DNA of 64,000 nucleotides, taken from positions 8,248,001-8,312,000 of the forward strand of contig CM075991.1 in NCBI GenBank assembly GCA_038087875.1. Direction: 5' to 3'. The notes under the pieces were generated by a model. The model was not told the DNA's origin and did not search any database. It saw only the letters and a program-made list of their open reading frames with translations. The translations under genes and the position numbers were made by a program. The DNA is from Malacoraja senta (Eukaryota). Shown here piece by piece: positions 60,110 to 64,000 of the stretch (its first letter is position 1; the number at the start of each line of letters is the position of its first letter).

Positions 60110-60444
60110 CACGTCCGGCAGCCCATCCAACTCATGAACCGATGATCGGCCATGAGAAGGAGGGGTGGTGGTGTCGGCGGTGAGCGAAGGTCCGAATGTT
60201 GGACAGCTGGCCGGGCTGCCGACCGACCGACGGGGCCACTGGCGAGGCGCTGCTGCTGCACTCCATGGGCTGCACTACGTCGGGACGGGTGAGGCGGGGG
60301 CCGGACGTGGCGCTCTGACCCGACAGTCCCCTCGACCCCAGTAGCAGCAGTCAAATACGGGACAAGGGCGGTCCCGTACGGGACAAACCAGTTTAGCCCA
60401 ATATACGGGATGTCCAGGCTAATACGGGACAGTTGGCAACCCTA
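60110..60444. mobile_element. hAT (Blackjack-like) non-autonomous element end
   Basis: Terminus reads TAGGGTTGCCAACTGTCCCGTATT on the minus strand, with repeated subterminal CGGGAC motifs; the other end was not found. Confidence 0.6.
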
Positions 60445-61654
60445 CTCTCGGTCCACGATATCTGTGCCGAACATGGTGCCAAGCTCAGCCTGCACGAGAT
60501 TCCCTGCGCATCCACGTGCCTGTGCAGAAGCCTCTTAAAGGCCACTATCATCCCTGAAGATTACGCAGGTGCCTAGGACCATCGTGGTTCCTCATTAACA
60601 TTGGTCGAAAGTAAAAACTAAACTAAACTAACAAAAAAGTGCTTTGCACACCTCAGCTAAATCACCCCTCAGGTCTACATTCAGAAGGTGAACCTGTAGA
60701 ACCTCTCATAAAAGATAGACACAAAATGCTGGAGTAATTCAGCAGGACGGGCAGCATCTCTGGAGAGAAGTAATAGGTGAAGCTTTGGGTCGAGATCCTT
60801 CTTCAGATGTAGAAAGGTCTCGACCCGAAACGTCACCCATTCCTTCTCTCCAGAGATGCTGCCTGTCCCGCTGAGTTACTCCAGCTTCTTGTGTCTATCT
60901 TCGGTTTAAAGCAGCATCTGCAGTTCCTTCCTACACATCACTCCTCACGCTTCTGTTTAATGGTCAGATGGTCAGTGTGTGTCTGTCCGCAGCTGGCTAG
61001 CCGCATGTAGCAGGTGCTGCCTTGATGTGGCTGAAGGCTATCAGGCCAGGCGTGGATCACGTGGCCCCACTCACAAACCCAGGCATTATACAAGCAACCG
61101 GAGCACTAGTGTGCCAGCTGCAGCTGTGTTGGCACCGTGCCGGAAGGTTGTGAGTTCAAGACCCAGCATCGCCAGCAAGGAGCGAAGGACAAAGTGCTGG
61201 GGGAACACAGCGGGTCAGGCAGCTGCCTCTGGGATTATTTCTCTGGCATGGACTCCTCAGTGACTCAGTGGGGAGAAGGCAGGCTCGGGTTATTGATTGG
61301 GGACGATCAGCCATGATCACAATGAATGGCGGTGCTGGCTCGTAAGGGCCGAATGGCCTCCTCCTGCACCTATTTTCCATGTTTCTATGTTTCTATGTAA
61401 CAACCTCTTTTCCCGTCTCCAACCTCTCCCCTTCTCCTCATGGATTCCCCTTCCCCGGCCTCCTGCCCTCTCTGGACCTCTTCATTTACAACTGCTGCCG
61501 TGACAACCATTCCCAACATCCCCCTCCCCACCCCGATCTCACCCCCACCCCAATCCCACCCCCACTGAACACTCAGCCCCCCGCTCACTCAGTAACAATC
61601 TCAACACAGTATCCACAGACGCTGCCTGGCCGGCTGAGTTGAGTTTAGTTTAGG

Positions 61655-62430
61655 GAACACAAAAATGCTGGAGAAACTCAGCGGGTGCAGCAACATCTAT
61701 GGAGCGAAGGAAATAGGCAACGTTTCGGGCCAAAACCCTTCTTCAGACTGATAGGGGGTGGGGAGAAGAAAGGAAAAAAGGCGGAGGAGGAGCCCGAGGG
61801 CTGGGGGAGGGGAGGAGACAACCAGAGGGCTGATGAAGGGGAGGGGACAGCAAGGGCTAGCAGAATTGGGAGAATTCAATGTTCAAGCCCCCAGGATGTA
61901 GACTGCCCAAGCAGAATATGAGGTGCATTTCTTCCAATTTCCGGTGTTGCTCGCTGTGGCCATGGAGGAGACCCAGGACAGAGAGGTCAGATACGGAATG
62001 GGAGGGGGAGTTGAAGTGCTGAGCCACCAGGAGGTCGGGTTGGTTATTGCGGACCGACCGGAGGTGTTCGGCGAAACGATCGCCAAGCCTCCGCTTGGTC
62101 TCACCGATGTAGATCAGCTGGCATCTAGAGCAGCGGATGCAATAGATGAGGTTGGAGGAGATGCAGGTGAACCTCTGTTGCACCTGGAACGACTGCTTGG
62201 GTCCTTGAATGGAGTAGAGGGGGGAGGTGAAGGGACAAGTGTTGCATCTCTTGCGGTTGCGAGGGAAAGTACCCGGGGAGGGGGTGGTATGGGAGGGAAG
62301 GGAAGAATTGACAAGGGAGTTGCGGAGGGAGCGGTCTTTGCGGAAGGCAGACATGGGGGGCGATGGGAAGATGTGGCGAGTGGTGGGGTCATGTTGGAGG
62401 TGGCGAAACTGACGGAGGATCACTTGTTGT
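61655..62430 (-). mobile_element. Penelope-like (Neptune-type) retroelement 3' part: Cys-rich linker, GIY-YIG endonuclease and pLTR with hammerhead core
   Basis: ORF 61857-62423 (RKRCNTC..FTCISSNLIYCIRCSRCQLIYIGETKRRLGDRFAEHLRS..VAQHFN..GLN); hammerhead core at ~61718-61748 on the minus strand. Confidence 0.93.
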
Positions 62431-62537
62431 ATGTAGTTTAGTTTAAGATAGACGCATAAAGCTGTAGAAACTCAGCGGGACAGGCAGCATCTCTGGAGAA
62501 AAGGAATGGGTCGAGACCCTTCTTCAGATTAGGGCTT

Positions 62538-62833
62538 TAGTTTAGTTTAGTTTAGCGTGGAATGTGGAAACAGGCCCTTCAGCCCACCGAGTCCGTGCCG
62601 ACCAGCGATCCCCATACACTAGCATTATCCCACACACTAGGGACAATTTACAGAAGGCAAATAACCTACAAACCTGCACGTCTTTGGAGAGTGGGAGGAA
62701 TCCGGAGCTCCCGGGGAAAACCCACATGGGGAGAGCGTACAAACTCCGTACAGACAGCACCCGTAGTCAGGATCGAACCGCGATCTCCAGCACCGCAAGG
62801 CAATGGCTCTACCGCTGCGTCACCATGCCGCCC
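62538..62833 (-). mobile_element. HE1-like V-SINE with (ACTAA)n tail
   Basis: Head, core and tail motifs. Confidence 0.85.
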
Positions 62834-63309
62834 TTGTTCCTCCGGCACTCGGTGTTTTGTTCAAGATTCCAGCTTTGCCTTCCCTTGTGTCTCCGCCATG
62901 GAAGTTAGAACAGTGCAAAAAAAATGCTGGAGTAACTCAGCGGGTCAGGCAGCATCTCTGGAGAAAAGGAATAGGTGACGTCTCGGGTTGGAACCCTTCT
63001 TCAGACTGTCGGGGGGAGTGAGAGAGGGTCTCACTTTGTGGCCTCATTTGGCGAAACATTTGATCTGATTTGAAAGGTTATCCACCTGGGGCACCACTTG
63101 CTCGGTAGATCACAGTTTGAAGCGTTTAAGTGCCCATTACAGCCTCAGCCTCAGGGACAAAGATGCTGCTAGCTGTGACCAGCAACACTAATGCATGCTA
63201 AATATGAAAGCCTCATTTTCCACCGAAGACCTATTTATTTTTTAACACAGTTAGAAACACTATTCATAACTATACACGAATGATTCACATAATAAAAACA
63301 TCTTTTAAA

Positions 63310-63650
63310 TATGTATATATATATATATATATATAGAAATAGATAGAAAGAAATAAAAACATGCACACGATATTTTTATTTTATACATTAAAAATATATA
63401 CATACGTGCATATACACGCACACACAAATATATATATGTTTGTGTCTATGTATGTATATATATATGTATATATTTATATATATATATACACACACACACA
63501 CACGTATATATACGCACTCATATACACACACACGTATATGTACACACACATATATACACACACACGTATATATATGTATATATATATATACGCACTCATA
63601 TACACACATTATATATATGTATATATATACATGCACACATACACACGATA
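63310..63650. repeat. (TA)/(CA) low-complexity microsatellite
   Basis: Seen directly. Confidence 0.9.
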
Positions 63651-64000
63651 CATCGCCATGACGGCACTGAGCCATGTTCTGCAGAGATGCTGCCGGACAC
63701 GCTGAGTTACTCCAGCACTTTGTGTCTTTTTTTGGCAAACCAGCATCTGCAGTTCCTTGTGTCTCCAGCTTAGGTCTTTCTTTCCTATTAGTGTTGATTT
63801 GGATTCAGTGTTTAGCCATTCACATTAGCAAGGCCACAAATGGGGCAGCTTGAAATTACCTTCTTGTCCCAGATATTCTGTAGTGTGCATCATTACTTGT
63901 GTATATATGTCTATATAAATATGCATGACTCCAGTAACGCAGTCAAGTGCCCGGGCAAGATGTAGTTCAGTTTAGTTTATTGTTGCATGATAACAAACTA

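Overview
This is repeat-saturated vertebrate DNA, almost certainly from a cartilaginous fish and probably a skate or ray. That assignment is inferred from the HE1-like V-SINEs, HER1/CR1 LINE tails and Neptune-type Penelope elements. No complete cellular gene is visible, and the window reads as a large intron or intergenic region. It has one candidate 81-nt minus-strand exon and a few repeat-free islands that may be regulatory. Bases 1-6720 recur at about 12421-19164 across a 200-N gap and differ only by 1-bp indels, so this is probably a false duplication in the assembly. Each copy holds a ~5-kb (CA)n array. Mobile elements include a full-length decayed IR/DR Tc1 (DD34E), fragments of CR1, Rex1/Babar, L2 and L1/Tx1, many V-SINEs, a Harbinger-like MITE family, a P-like MITE with an 8-bp TSD and a hAT-Blackjack-like end. 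The most interesting signal is dozens of short Penelope pLTR fragments carrying a minimal hammerhead-ribozyme core (CTGAAGA-A-stem II-GAAA-CG-TH). These occur as inverted pairs and as one head-to-tail array of ~44-nt units at about 54.4 kb. The long His-Thr and Cys-Val ORFs are microsatellite artefacts.
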